NCBI RefSeq assembly: GCF_009914755.1
Contig: NC_060934.1
DNA from: the human T2T-CHM13v2.0 reference genome, Homo sapiens
Direction: 5' to 3' (one strand)
DNA length: 64,000 nucleotides
Shown one piece after another: positions 1 to 22,975 of the stretch; positions within the stretch are counted from its first letter, which is position 1; each line of letters opens with the position of its first letter. A model generated the notes under the pieces. That model was not told where the DNA came from. It worked only from the letters and a program-made list of their open reading frames with translations, and made no database searches. The position numbers and the translations under genes were made by a program.

Positions 1-215
1 TTGAGCCCAGGAGTTCAAAACCATCCTAGGCAACATAGCAAGACCTCATCTCTACTAAAAATTAAAAAATTAGCCAGGTGTGGTGGTGCATGCCTATGGT
101 CCCAGCTACTTGGGAGGCTAAGGTGGGAGCATCCCTTGAGCCCAGGAGTTCAAGGTTATAGTTAGTTATGATTGCACCACTGTACTCCAGCCTGGGTGAC
201 AGAGGAAGGCTCTGT
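1..215 (+). mobile_element. AluJ-like, cut by the window edge
   Basis: TTGAGCCCAGGAGTTC in both arms. Confidence 0.9.
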
Positions 216-419
216 AAAGAAAGAAAGAAAGAGAGAAAGAGAGAAAGAGAGAGAGAGAGAGAGAGGAAGGAAGGAAGGAAGGAAGGAAGGAAGGAAGGAA
301 GGAAGGAACGAAGGAAGGAAGGAAGGAGAGAGAAAGAGAGAAAGAAAGAAAGAGAGAGAGACAGAGAACAGAGAAAGAGAAAAAAAAAAAAGAAAGAGAA
401 AGAGAGAAAAGAAAGAAGA
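216..419. repeat. (GAAA)/(GA)/(GGAA) purine-rich simple repeat
   Basis: Directly visible; derived from an Alu tail. Confidence 0.95.
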
Positions 420-709
420 GCCGGACGCGGTGGCTCACGCCTGTAATCCCAGCACTCTGGGAGGCCGAGGCGGGTGGATCACAAGGTCAGGAGTTCAGGA
501 CCAGCCTGGCCAAAATGGTGAAACCCCGTCTCTACTCAAAATACAAAAATTAGCCGGGCATGTTGGCAGGTGCCTGTAATTCCAGCTACTTGAGAGGCTG
601 AGGCAGAGAACTGCTTGAACCCGGGAGGTGGAGGTTGCAGTGAGCCGAAATCGTGCCACTGCACTCCAGCCTGGGCAACAGAGAGCGAGACTCTGCCTCA
701 GAAAAAAAA
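420..709 (+). mobile_element. AluS
   Basis: Full dimer. Confidence 0.92.
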
Positions 710-1115
710 GGAAAGGAAGGAAGGGAGGGAAAAAGGGAAAAATAGTGATGTATGGCAATTCTTCAAATATAGGTGTGATATTTTGCATGTCAAATTTGAT
801 TCAACTGTTAATTAAAAAAACAAAGCAACATAGCATTTTCTCAGCATTTTTAAATTGAATAAAATGTAAATCTTTCATGCTTACTGTAATGAAGCCAGAC
901 AATTTAGAAAAACAAAACCATTCTTCTGATAACTCAGTAAATTTTAAATACACATACAAATATACCAGAAAATGCCTTTTTGTAACTATTTTTAAAACTG
1001 TAGATGAAAACACAAAGATTAAAACTGATGAAATGAAACAGGCATACATAAAAAATTGAATGCAATACAAAAACAATATTATTTCTACTTCAAAAAAAGA
1101 ATATTTTATTTATTA

Positions 1116-1472
<357 letters not shown>

Positions 1473-1917
1473 TTAATCACATAAAACAACAAACATAACA
1501 ACACCAGTATCATCATCTCAAAGGTAAATTGTAAATATGGAGACAATTGATTTTACAAGTCACATGTGAAATTATTATTTCATTCTGAATGAAATGGGGC
1601 TTTCAATACATTTTTAGCATGTCTAGAAACAAGTTTGTTCATGTGTTTCTAGTAATATATTATTTAAAATAGTAATTATACTGGTGACATAAACCTCAAA
1701 CCAAAATTAAATCTGTATCAGAAGTTATCCCACCTGATGTAAGCAGGTTGTCCTTGCTTAAATAAAGCCATCCTCAAAGGTGTGAACGACCCCTGCTGAG
1801 GTCAGGGGAGTTGCCCAGGCAACTCTCAGATGCATGAACTATAAACACTTACAGTTTTATGCTGCTGAGCTTTCCTGATTGTTTCTTGCACAGCCTTGTT
1901 GGGACAATATTAAAAAG

Positions 1918-3036
<1,119 letters not shown>

Positions 3037-3040
<4 letters not shown>

Positions 3041-3354
3041 ATAGGGATGCTGTTTAGAGCCTTTGGCAGGCCCCCATAGGTGAATCACAGTGAAGGCCTC
3101 TAGGATTTTGGAGCAAGGCCCTGCCATCTTCTGCAGATAACTACCTTCATTTTTAGAGACAGCTCTTGGCCTGTTACTGGGCTTTGGTGGAAACTGAACG
3201 TTTGATTATGGGTCATCAAGTCACCATGCGACCTGAACTGCCTGTCATACATAAACTGGGTGCCTTCTGACCCATCTAGCCACACAGTGGGGCGTGCACA
3301 GCAGCATTCATTATCAAATGGAAGTGGTATATACATAACCGAGCTCAAGCAGGT
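3037..3354 (+). mobile_element. HERV-L/ERVL internal pol fragment (RT to RNase H connection region), inactivated
   Basis: Hand translation: ADRDAV*SLWQAPIGESQ*RPLGFWSKALPSSADNYLHF*RQLLACYWALVETERLIMGHQVTMRPELP, then after frameshifts WVPSDPSSHTVGRAQQHS and [14 protein letters not shown], typical of ERV-L pol. Confidence 0.88.
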
Positions 3355-3500
3355 AGTTGCAGCCACTCAGGAGGCTGAGGCAGGAGGATAGCTTAAGCCC
3401 AGGAGACTGAGGCTGCAGTGAACCATAATGATGCCTCTGCGCTCCAGCCTGGGTGACAGAGTGAGACCCTGTCTCAAAAAAAAAAACAAAAAAAAGAAAA
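3355..3500 (+). mobile_element. Alu right arm
   Basis: CAGGAGGCTGAGGCAGGAG..GAGACCCTGTCTC followed by A-tail. Confidence 0.88.
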
Positions 3501-3519
3501 AAGAGAGAAACTAAAACTA

Positions 3520-4570
3520 AAGAATAGCTCAATAAATATACGATATTCATGGATTAGAAGACTCAATACTGAAGGTCAGTAATTTCATCAGAAACAAATG
3601 AGAAAAAAAAAGAAGATTCAATACTGTTATCATATTGCCAGTGCTTCACAAATCGATCTGTTGATTCAATGCAATCTCCATCAAAATCTCAGAAGGCATT
3701 TTTGTAGAAACTGGTAAGATGATTCTAAAATTTAGATACAAATACAAAGAATTTAGAAAATCTGAAACAATTTTGAAAAAGGAGAATACTGTTGGGAAAA
3801 TTATATTACTTTACTACAGTGGTATTTAAGAGAATGTATTAAGTCCAAAAGTAGACACGCTGTATAGCTAATTTTTAGCCAAGGTGCACAAACAATTTAA
3901 TAGAGATACATATATCAATAAAAGGTTCTGTAACAACTAACTACTTATATCTTTAAAAATAAACCTCTACTCAGATCACAAAACACACAAAAAAATTGAT
4001 TTGAGGTGAATCATAGACCTAAACATCAAAGATCACTTGCAAAGCTTCTGGAAGAAAACATGGGAGAATGTTCTGATGACTTTGGAGAAGGCCAACATTT
4101 CTTATGTGGGTCAGAGAAAGCAGTTGCTATAAAAGGAGAAAAAAAAGTTAAAATGGCTTCATCAGCATTGAAACTTCTGCTCAGCAAAAGACACCATTAA
4201 GAAAATGAAGGCCAGATGCAGTGGCTCACATGTGTAATCCCAGCACTTTGAGAGGCCCAGGTGGGAGGATTGCTTGAGCCCTGGAGTTTGAGACCAGCCT
4301 GGGCAACATAGCAAGACCTCATCTCTACAAAAAATTTAAAAATTAACCAGGAGTGGTGGTGTGGGCCTGTGGTCCCAGCTACTTGGGAGGCTGAGGCAGG
4401 AGGATTGATTGAGCCCAGGAGGTCAAGGCTGCAGTAAGTCGTGATCACATGACTGCACTCCAGGCTGGGCAACAGAGCTGTCTCAAAAAGAAGAAAAGAA
4501 AACAAAAACGCAAGACAAACATTAGGAGAGAATATTTACAATATACATATCTGACAAAGAACTAACAAAA
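3520..4570 (+). mobile_element. Old L1 (L1M) ORF2 3' fragments with an Alu insertion
   Basis: TTCATGGATTAGAAGACTCAATA, GATTCAATGCAATCTCCATCAAAATC, AAACTTCTGCTCAGCAAAAGACACCATTAAG, CATATCTGACAAAG. Confidence 0.8.
4209..4500 (+). mobile_element. AluJ
   Basis: Full dimer. Confidence 0.9.
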
Positions 4571-4982
4571 AATTTAATGTAAGTTACATTTCCTTCACCA
4601 TCCTTTGTGCTCTCTCAACAGTAACCATTAAGCAAACCATTTTACACTCCTAAACTCACCACCAAGCCAATTACCCCACAAGGCAGCTTAGAGCGTGGCT
4701 ACCGTGGGAGCAAAAAGCCACATCTCTCTGTGTGTACACCCCCTGAATGGGAGGGTGGTGTTTAATCCAGCACTCCCAATTGTCTTCATCAACAAACAGG
4801 AGCTGCGAGCCATATGATTCCAGAAAGAGATGGCTCTCTAAAGATTTGTCATCTCAGTTCTTCCCTGGAGCAGAGTCCTAGGGCAGAGGACTCAATAATC
4901 AAATGTCCATTTAGCAGCTGTAAGAAAACAGAACGACACCAGAACATCTGAGGGCTGCAAAAACGTATATTGTCCAAAATGA

Positions 4983-5281
<299 letters not shown>

Positions 5282-6015
5282 GTCCAAAATGATTTTTAAT
5301 GATGATGGTAATTAAAGAACACAGAACTAAAATTATAGAAAATGTTTTATCTCCAATTAAGTGACTAATCTTGTTTTATCATTTTTATATGTAGTTTGTA
5401 TGGGGAAAAAAGTTTCTGCTGCTGAAAGAGTATAAGAACCATGGATTTCATCTAGGGTTTTTTTGTTGTTGTTGTTGTTTTTGTTTGTTTTTTTAAAATG
5501 AGCCACAGAGATGTAATGTGCCTTGCTTAAAGCCATTCAGCTAAAGATATCAGACTGGGACGTTTGCTCTCAGTTCAGTGCTCTTGAGTCTGGAGTAGGT
5601 TGAGTTTGAAGCATTGAGAAGGTACCTGGATGTATAAACTTAAGGGGTTGGTTAGGCATTACCAACTAGAAATTCTATTCTGATGTGCAAGAAATTAATT
5701 AATTGTATAATTGTTGCTTTCTTCCTGATATCTTTACCCAAGCATCTATATAAATTTAACTAATATGCAAGTGAATAACAGATGTGCATGTAGAGATCAG
5801 TTTTGGGAAATTCCATTCAAAATGTAGAGAAATGTCTAGAAATCTGAGTTTAGGAAACAAAATTCAGAAATTCCAGACTCTTCCTAAGGAGGATACCCAG
5901 AACAAAACTGATGGCACACGGTAAATCGTTATCTAAGCAACAGCTTGAATCCTGTCTCTGGTTTATGACTCTGTATGAAAAAAGAAAATAAACTTGGAGA
6001 ATAGGAAAGATCCCA

Positions 6016-6327
<312 letters not shown>

Positions 6328-6554
6328 TCATAATTGGAGAACTAGTTCAACCTTTCTTAAAACATTAAGTTAAACACTTTATTAAACATTTAAGAAACAT
6401 ACGTAATAAATTAACTAATAATATTTCATAGGTTTTACCATAATTAAACAAAACGTTAAATGCAGAAAACTGTATTCTACAATAGGACACATACATACAA
6501 AATCAAGAACATACACTTTGACCTAATCATTCTGTTTCTGGGACTATAGCCTAA

Positions 6555-6893
<339 letters not shown>

Positions 6894-7004
6894 CCCTCTT
6901 TGTAACTTTTTTTTTATAGCAGTGAAAGACTGAATTCTGCCTAGATGTCCAACAAAAGGGGAATGGTTAAGTAAACCAAAGTTGAACCATAGGACAGACT
7001 ATTT

Positions 7005-7080
7005 TATATATATATATTTTATATATATATATATTATATATATACACACACACATATATATATACACACACATATATATA
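7005..7080. repeat. (TA)n/(CA)n compound microsatellite
   Basis: Directly visible. Confidence 0.9.
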
Positions 7081-7249
7081 GTATAGAGAAAATGTGGTAA
7101 TAAGGGAAAATAAGCATTACTAATATTTATTATTTTCTGAAAGCCAAGAATGGTATTAAGAGCTTTATACACGTTGGCTCCTTTCAACTTTACAATAATC
7201 TACTAAGGAAGTCTTTTTCTGGCTGTGTTTTTAGAAATGAGAAAGTAAG

Positions 7250-7540
7250 GGCTGGGCACAGTGGCTCATGCCTGTAATCTCAGCACTTTGGGAGGCCGAG
7301 GTGGAGGATCACTTGAGACCAGGAGTTCAAGACCATCCTGGGCAACATAGGGAGACACTGTCTCTATTTTACAAATCTAAAAATCAGCCGGGTATGATAG
7401 TGTGTGCCTGTAGTCCCAGCTACTCAGGAGGCTGAGACAAGAGGATCATTTGAGCTCAGGAGATTAAAGCTGCAGTGAGCTGTGATCATGCTATTGCTCT
7501 CCAGCCTGGGCAACAGGGTGAGATCCTGACTCAAAAAAAA
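7250..7540 (+). mobile_element. AluJ
   Basis: Full dimer with a (GA)n tail. Confidence 0.9.
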
Positions 7541-7610
7541 GAGAGAGAGAGAGAGACAGAGACGAAGCTAAGCCTTAGCAACATTGTATAATTTATCCAA
7601 GGTAATACAA

Positions 7611-8270
<660 letters not shown>

Positions 8271-8403
8271 AAGATGAAAATAGATACTGGGGAGAGTCAG
8301 TAGTCTCAACGGACTAATAAGTAGAAGAACTAAAATTGAAACCCCAAAACCTTGGCCCATTTGAATCCAGAGCTCTCTTTCTCAACCACATCAAAGTGCT
8401 CTA

Positions 8404-8740
<337 letters not shown>

Positions 8741-8839
8741 GAAACAGAAAGAAAAGAAAGAAAAACTTTCTTTCCTTGGTTTCCATGATTTTTTCCTCTT
8801 TTTCTACTGAGGCTTCAGGTTCTCTTCAGGCCTAACAGA

Positions 8840-9040
8840 GGGGATCCCACTCCCTCACCCCAATTCCAACCCACCGTACCCCACTAGCCATGTCTATTAT
8901 TGGCTCCCCAGGTACTAAATGATCCTTGTGGTTTTCCTACGTCCTGCCCGCAGCTTTGTAAATAGTCCCTTTAATTAAAACTCTGCAAAATACCCAGTTT
9001 GGATGTGCCATGTGTTTCCTGCCAGGACCTTGACTGAGTC
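8840..9040 (+). mobile_element. LTR33-like ERVL LTR 3' end
   Basis: TTTGTAAATAGTCCCTTT..TACCCAGTTTGGATGTGCCATGTGTTTCCTGCCAGGACCTTGACTGA. Confidence 0.55.
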
Positions 9041-9112
9041 TCCTCATTCATGGTTGACTGTACAGGGCAGTGGTCAAAGAAGGCTTTCAGACTCATTAAA
9101 GTGAAATATTTA

Positions 9113-9509
9113 TGCTATTGTTTGGATGATGATGTCCCCTCCAAAATTTATGCTGAAACTTAATTCCCAGTGCATCTAAGAGGTGTGGTCTTTGCAACGT
9201 GATTAAGTCTTGAGGGCTCTCCCTCATGAATGGTATTAGCATCCTTAGAAAAGGGGTTGAGGTTAAAGGGAGCAACCTCTTGCCCTTCAGTCCTTTCTGC
9301 CATGTAAGGACAGTGTTCATCCCCTCTGGAGGATGCAGAAACAAGGCACCATATTGGAAGCAAAGAGCAGCCCTCACCAGACACTAGCCTTGCTGGCGCC
9401 TTGATCCTGGACTTCCCAGCCTCCAGAACTGTGAGACACAAACTTCTGTTGTTTATAAATTACCCAGTCTGTGCTGTATTTTGTTGCAGCAGCACAAATG
9501 GACTACACA
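9113..9509 (+). mobile_element. MST (MSTC-like) MaLR solo LTR
   Basis: TG...CA termini, GGACTTCCCAGCCTCCAGAACTGTGAGA, 5-bp TSD ATTTA/ATCTA. Confidence 0.85.
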
Positions 9510-10102
9510 ATCTATAAAACTTAGAAATATCTTCTGCTCACATTGACCTGTCTTCCCCAATAGAAAATAAGGTCCAGGAAGACTGTGGCTAGCCTTTTAC
9601 TATTTATACTTAGAACCCAGCACAATAACTAGCACAGAGCAGGCTCACTAAATATTAGGTATGAATGAACACTGAGTCCTCCATGTAGTAGTTTTTCAAC
9701 AAATGTGCATCCGATCAGTAAGTGAGAGGCCCAAATTTTATTTTTAAGTCTCTAAACAATTCCTTATGAAGCCATAAAAGACTTCTTTTTTGAGAAGACA
9801 CTGCAATATGGACCGTATTTAGCTATGGTGTTCCTATAGTCTCAAATCTGCCTGCACCTTTATGGTTTTAATACTTCCTGTCATTGCAACATGTTCACCA
9901 GATTTTCAATTCCCCCTGTGATACTTCGAAGTAAAGTATGATTGAAGAACTGCAGTCTGAACTTGGACAAAGTGTGTAATAAACAGATTGCAGATAATTT
10001 CCTTTAAATGTGATCTTAGATGCTAGGAAGACATTAAGCACATCACAGCAAGAACTTTACCAAGGACATGAGATTCAACTTTCCAATCCAATGCAAATAC
10101 TA

Positions 10103-10574
10103 CCATATTTCATTGAATCTAAGATGCCACTGATTTTTAGATACTCCGTTATATACCACTAAAAAAACAAAAATGATGCCAGTTAAACTCTGACAACAAT
10201 GCTTTCTTACTGCTTAGAATCTTTCTATACTTATGAAAAGAGGAATTTTAGATTTATTTAATCAAACATTTTCATTACATCTCACACTGGATTTTTTCCA
10301 TGCATTTCTACAAATACAATAGCTTTTTGTTTCAATGCCAAATCATGCTGTGATATTGTGAAGATACTGTAAATGGCAATTAAATGCATATAACGCAATT
10401 AAAGTGACAACAATAAAAATAGCTATGACCAGATTCCTGTAACCATATCACAACTATGACCTGGCCAACAGAATTGTAAGATGCCATCAATTGTAACTAT
10501 GTATCTTGATTTCAGAGAAGTTCAAATAGGGGAAGGGGTGGGAGGGAGTAAGTCTTGGAATCAATGAAGTATGG
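10103..10574. mobile_element. TcMar-Tc2 non-autonomous DNA transposon (MER104/Kanga-like)
   Basis: 22-bp terminal inverted repeats CCATATTTCATTGAATCTAAGA and TCTTGGAATCAATGAAGTATGG (19/22), preceded by TA. Confidence 0.7.
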
Positions 10575-10581
10575 GACTTAG

Positions 10582-11229
<648 letters not shown>

Positions 11230-11416
11230 TACATCTTTTGTAACATGAGTGTTAGGAAGTGGTAAGATTCGGAAAATGAGAAAGAATGGGTAGGGGAGGC
11301 AACAATTAGAGAGTGCAAATTCTCACTAGTTTCAAATTCATCTTTTGCAGGTTACAAATGTTTATCAATGTTTATCAAGTTACAAATACTTTTTTGAAAA
11401 ATCACTCACTAAATAG

Positions 11417-11685
<269 letters not shown>

Positions 11686-11781
11686 TGGCACATTAAATAT
11701 TTGCTGGTTAATGGTTGCTTAAGGTAAGGCTGAGAGCTAAAGAACAATCTAACGACTTGATTATTGAAGACAACAATCTAG

Positions 11782-12227
<446 letters not shown>

Positions 12228-12638
12228 TAAAGTACTCTCTCCATTATTTTATTTTGAACTACAAAATATGGTTTGAGGAAGACATATTAGCCTAACTTAA
12301 TACTAGCTTGGATGCTTATAATCTAATGAAGTTGACTATTTAAAGGGCATATTGTTATTCATTAACCATATCTGGAGGTATGAAAATTGTAAGTGCAGGG
12401 TGTCATTTTAATCAAGCCTTTCCAAAATCACCAAATGTAATTAGGCTGTGAAGAGCACAGATGAGTCAGGAAGCCAATAAGGAGAAATAAAAAACCCATT
12501 GGCCTTAACATTACATGAATGGCTACTTGTGACTTGGGGTAGAATTTCAGTGACCACATCATTCATAGATTCAGAAAGTGCTGTATCTCAAATAATTTAA
12601 ACACAAATACAAAGTGTTCAGAAAAACTGTGAGTCTGG

Positions 12639-13428
<790 letters not shown>

Positions 13429-13499
13429 ATGGTAATGATGAAAGAAACAGATGCCAAAGATGTATGTATGAGTATGAATTAAAATTTTTCTATCCCATA

Positions 13500-14303
<804 letters not shown>

Positions 14304-14762
14304 TTAAGAGTAGATCTTACACTATTTTCCTCTGTATCTCTAAAAGTGTATATTCAAGTTGGCAAAAAACAAATGGTGTCATTGGGGAAATATAAGTAGC
14401 ATTATATTCAATGTTGCCTTATATTGCAATGCACATGATTTTTGTCCTGAATTAGCTGGATAATTCCCCCCAATTTTTTATTTCACGTGGTCTTTTTAAA
14501 TGCCCCTTCCTCTTCAAAAACTATAATAAGATTATAAAAATTATGAGCATAAAATGATGAAACAGAAGAACTCTTAAGTGACTGCAGTTAAAGTTAAATC
14601 AATTTATAACAGTATCCAGGAATTTGCCTAAAGGAAAATTTCTTCAAGTCCAACTCAGACTGGAAGTTTCTCTTTCTGCCAAAATAAGCAAGTATATGGC
14701 GTTCTCCTCTGTGCCCCACTGTGAAAGAGACACTCTCTCAACAACCACTGATCAAAAGCTCT

Positions 14763-15805
14763 TTTTGGGGCTCAGAAAAGGATATCCACAAAGTATAGTG
14801 TTTTGGCATGCTGAGTACTTTGAACTAAAAGTTTGGAAAGCCTCAGAAGCAGCCTCAGAATCAAGGCTGTAACCATGATAGGTTTGTTGCCCAATACACA
14901 AAGCAAATCAATACACCAAGACACCAGATTGCAGCAGAGAAAGAGATTTAATAGTAGGGTCATAGAACTAGGAGACAGGAGGAAACCTCAAATCTGTCCT
15001 CCTGAGGAGTTTGGAGGTAGAGTTTTCAAGAGTTTTGGAGTGGGCTGAAGCATAGAGATCATTGACTGGTGGAAGAGTGCAGGGTGAAGTCGCGGGACAG
15101 GGAAATGAAGAAGTTGTATCGTCACACTCATCTCATTCCCCTGTAGGGGTCTCCAAACTGGTTGCTGGAATTCCAGGTCTAAAAACATCTTAAGTGATCC
15201 TAAAACAAAAGGCTTATGATTCTAATGTCAGAGATCCAGTCTATAGGAACTAGAAACAATGAAGATACAAATCAGTGCTTAGTCTTATGACCCTAATGTC
15301 AGAGATCCTGTCTATAGGGACAACAGGGATGCAAACAGTCAGTAACTAGTGCTACGTGATTTTTAGCAACAAGGAAGTGAATCAGAGCACAGCCTGGTGA
15401 GTGCTTAATTATGACTGTGTTTCTGTCCGTAATCTAGTATGCAATCCTTGTCAACCCTGTTGGGATGGTTTCAAGGTCTTTCTGACCTTCTGCCATCTTC
15501 CTGTCTCCCACCCTTCTTTCTCCTTCAAAGCAAATCATAGAAACTAGAATTCTTCTTCCCCAAGGCAAGTCGTAGAAACTAGATCTCGTTTTCCCCAAAG
15601 TGAGACATAAAACCTAGAAATATTACTCTAACTCTATCCCGCTTTTCATGTAGGAGCTGGCCACAAAGAAATTTTTTGACCTACCTTGTGTGATTGTGGG
15701 TCATAAGACCCACATTCCAGAGGGGTCCTGCCCTGTACCCGGGAGGAAGGAATGCTACAGAGAGTCCAAGAAGAATCTGAACACACAGGCCTTGCTGGGT
15801 TCCCC
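14763..15805 (+). mobile_element. ERV1 LTR, MER39 group (5' part), host of a nested LTR
   Basis: TTGGGGCTCAGAAAAGGATATCC start; sequence resumes at 15474 after the insert. Confidence 0.75.
14868..15473 (-). mobile_element. Complete ERV1 solo LTR (LTR8/LOR1 class, subfamily uncertain) nested in the MER39-like LTR
   Basis: TGTAACC...GGTTTCA termini, TSD AGGC/AGGT. Confidence 0.8.
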
Positions 15806-16888
<1,083 letters not shown>

Positions 16889-18035
16889 GTATGAGATGCT
16901 CAATTCGTAGTAGAAAAAGAAAGGGTCCTGATAGGATGAAGCCACCATTCCAGTACGAACTGGTGCAGGGTAAGAGCAGCCTGGGACATTCTGAAAAGGT
17001 CAGTGGACAAAACACAGGCCCTGACTAACAAAAGAGGAGAATACACACACAGCGAAGACCCTTCCCTCGGGCACACACGGCTAAAGGTTTCGCCAAGTCC
17101 CCAGCAGAGACGGATTATAAATTAATAGCAGAACCACCCTGGAAGGTATTTGTAGCTGTTATATAGAAAATGGTGCTTACATTCAGTGCACAGTAAATTG
17201 GATCTAGGTCTCCTTGCACGTGTGGGTTTTGGCATTCTTAATTAATGCCTTTATTATCTCTGTAAAGTGGCAAGCTAATGAACCCCTCCAGGTATTGTTA
17301 CAGCCATATTCAGAGGAAAACCTTAACTGACAATGAGAGTCCAGATTCTGGTGCCCCGAGGGGATGGACCAGGTAAGGATTATCCCCTGCCCTATGGCGT
17401 GCTCCCTTAATAAGCGACACGAGTGTGTTGCGTGTAACAATTACTTAGAAATACTTTTCAGCGAGTACTCTAGAAGAAAAGGGAGATGGATTAAATCAAA
17501 GGTTTTCCCGGGCAGCCAACTGTTAAGGAGGAATCTGTCATTTTTCTAGATCAGAAAAAAAAAGGATGTAGTACATGGACAATTATTTTGGTCGCCTCTT
17601 TGTTCTTCTCTCTGTTTCTGCTTAATACTTCTCACACACCCCAGTGGCCTTTAGAGGACGTATAAATTTCTCTGACATTACTCTTCTCTCCAGTTCCCTA
17701 TTCTCATGCAAATTCACCCTATAAGTTCTCTTCTTTCTCATCCCATTCCTATTCTGAAACATAAAAAGCACGAAACCCCCAGAAGCCCCGTGGTTGCGCC
17801 CGAAGGGGGAGAGGCTAGATAACCTTTTGTATCTTTTCTGTCACTAATTCCTGATCTGAGCCCAACATGTCCCCACTAATGCCGCTGCCTGGAATGGTCT
17901 GCAGTTTGAGCTTTTTCCGCCATCCTATCCAATGCCCTTAGCAATTCACATTCATAAAAAGTGAGATTAAATGTATGTAACTGTTGGCCTGTGCTCCCGA
18001 ATTCCATTGCTGCCTCTACTAATGATTTCCTGTTA

Positions 18036-19271
<1,236 letters not shown>

Positions 19272-19364
19272 GTAATGCAAGAATTTTAAAACACTCAGGT
19301 CTGTCTGTCCGTCCAAACATACATACTAGATATACTACCTCCTCTTTCTCCAACAGGGAAGTTA

Positions 19365-20199
19365 TGTCAAGGAGAAAACATTTTTTCTTCACTCTCTTAG
19401 GTTCAGTACCTAGGGGCCTGCAAATTAACCTGACAAAAGACAGATCAACAAGAGAAAAAGACAGATTTTTATTCACATACATACATACCTGGGAGTTCAC
19501 AGAAAAATGTGACTGAAGGAAGCAGAATTGGGGGCTTATATGCCATCTGAATGGGAAATGTGGGGGAGCAGTGAGGCACTTCTGGGAGAACAACTTACTT
19601 CTTAGAAGATGGGGAGAAAAAGCACCTAGGGAAACACAAAGGACTTTTTTTTGAAAGACTGATAGATTCATAGGGGAATAGATAGGCGATATGATAGCCT
19701 TGTGAGGATGTCTATTGGGGTGTGATGCTGACTTCTCTCTTCTCTGAGAAGGAAAAATCAGTGTTGCTCCTGGGGAGGGGATTTATGACAGTTGGGTTCT
19801 TTGGGGAGGCTCTGATTTTTGGCAAATAAAGGATTTCAGGAATTCAAATGCCTTCAGCTCAAAATAACTTTTGGGCCAGGCACGGTGGCTCACGCCTATA
19901 ATCCCAGCACTTTGGGAGGCCAAGGTGGGCAGATCACTTGAAGTCAGGAATTTGAGACCAGCCTGGTGAAAACCCATCTCTCCTAAAAATACAAAAATTA
20001 ACTGGGCGTGGTGGCACATGCCTGTAATCCCAGCTACTCAGGAGGCTGAGGCAGGAGAAGTGCTTGAACCCTGGAGACAGAGGTTGCAGTGAGCCAAGAT
20101 CACGCCACTGCACTCCACCTTGGGCAACAGGGTGAGACTCCGTCTTAAAAGAAAAATAAAAAAGGCATATTTTGATGTGGCATATGCTGATCCTCTTCA
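19365..20199 (-). mobile_element. MER34-group ERV1 solo LTR with Alu at 19874-20163
   Basis: TG...CA, ACAAAAGACAGATCAACAAGAGAAAA, GGCATATTTTGATGTGGCATAT, TSD GTTA/GATA. Confidence 0.75.
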
Positions 20200-20492
20200 G
20201 ATATAATCTATTAGAACACAAACACAAATAGCAATAGTACAGAAGAGGACATGCTAAATGAAATGCCACAAAACTATGATTAAAATGCAACAAAGTTTCA
20301 GAGAAGAGGTCAATCCGTGGGTGAAGTGATCACAGAAGCCTGAATCAGAGCACAGGCAGGTGAGATGCATCTTAGGGTTTCAGCAGGCAGAGCAGGAAGA
20401 GCAGTCTAGTAGGCTGAAACGTTTTTGCTAATGGGCATGGTGGGAGGAGGGTATAGAATCTATCTATAGCATGTTACATATCTAGTCTGGCT

Positions 20493-20558
20493 AAAAAACA
20501 TGGAATACTTCAAAAATTTGCATGCCATCCTTAAATAAGGTCTCAGCTCCCTTCTCTG
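20493..20558 (-). pseudogene. Degenerate U6 snRNA 3'-half copy
   Basis: AAAACATGGAATACTTCAAAAATTTGCATGCCATCCTT matches the reverse complement of the U6 3' end at 31/38, with weaker similarity continuing to CTTCTCTG. Confidence 0.7.
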
Positions 20559-20625
20559 AAATTTTGCTACAGGTGAAGGATGAACAACAGACACATTATC
20601 ATTAAATCAATAACTAGTTTTTGTG

Positions 20626-20931
<306 letters not shown>

Positions 20932-21076
20932 CTAGTTTTTGCTAGGACTAGGAACTGTTTTGATCTTTGGAAACAAAGAACAGGCCAGCCCTTAATAGTA
21001 TGTGAGTCCTTGTTACATGATAAAAATTCCATACCACAAAAATTGATTGCCCCAGTCATACTGGTCTAGTTGAAGC

Positions 21077-22379
<1,303 letters not shown>

Positions 22380-22429
22380 GAGCCAAGTGAAACAGAGCAA
22401 AGTAAAAATTATAACAGTGAGAAAATTAT

Positions 22430-22808
<379 letters not shown>

Positions 22809-22975
22809 CTAACTTTGGGAGGAATTTAGTTTAGAGTTTAACTTTGAAACTAAGGCGATAACTGACCTTTCCTGAAACAAATCCGCTTCTTGCCTGGGGA
22901 CCAGACTCCTTTTGTGAGACTAAAAAATTAGCCACAAGATTATAAATTATGGTTTAGTTTAAGAGCCAAGCAGCC

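Noticed and set aside
166-579. K/E/R-rich and F/L/S-rich ORFs (also 52343-52719 and 60556-60940)
   Set aside because: Translations of GA/GGAA/TTTC simple repeats.
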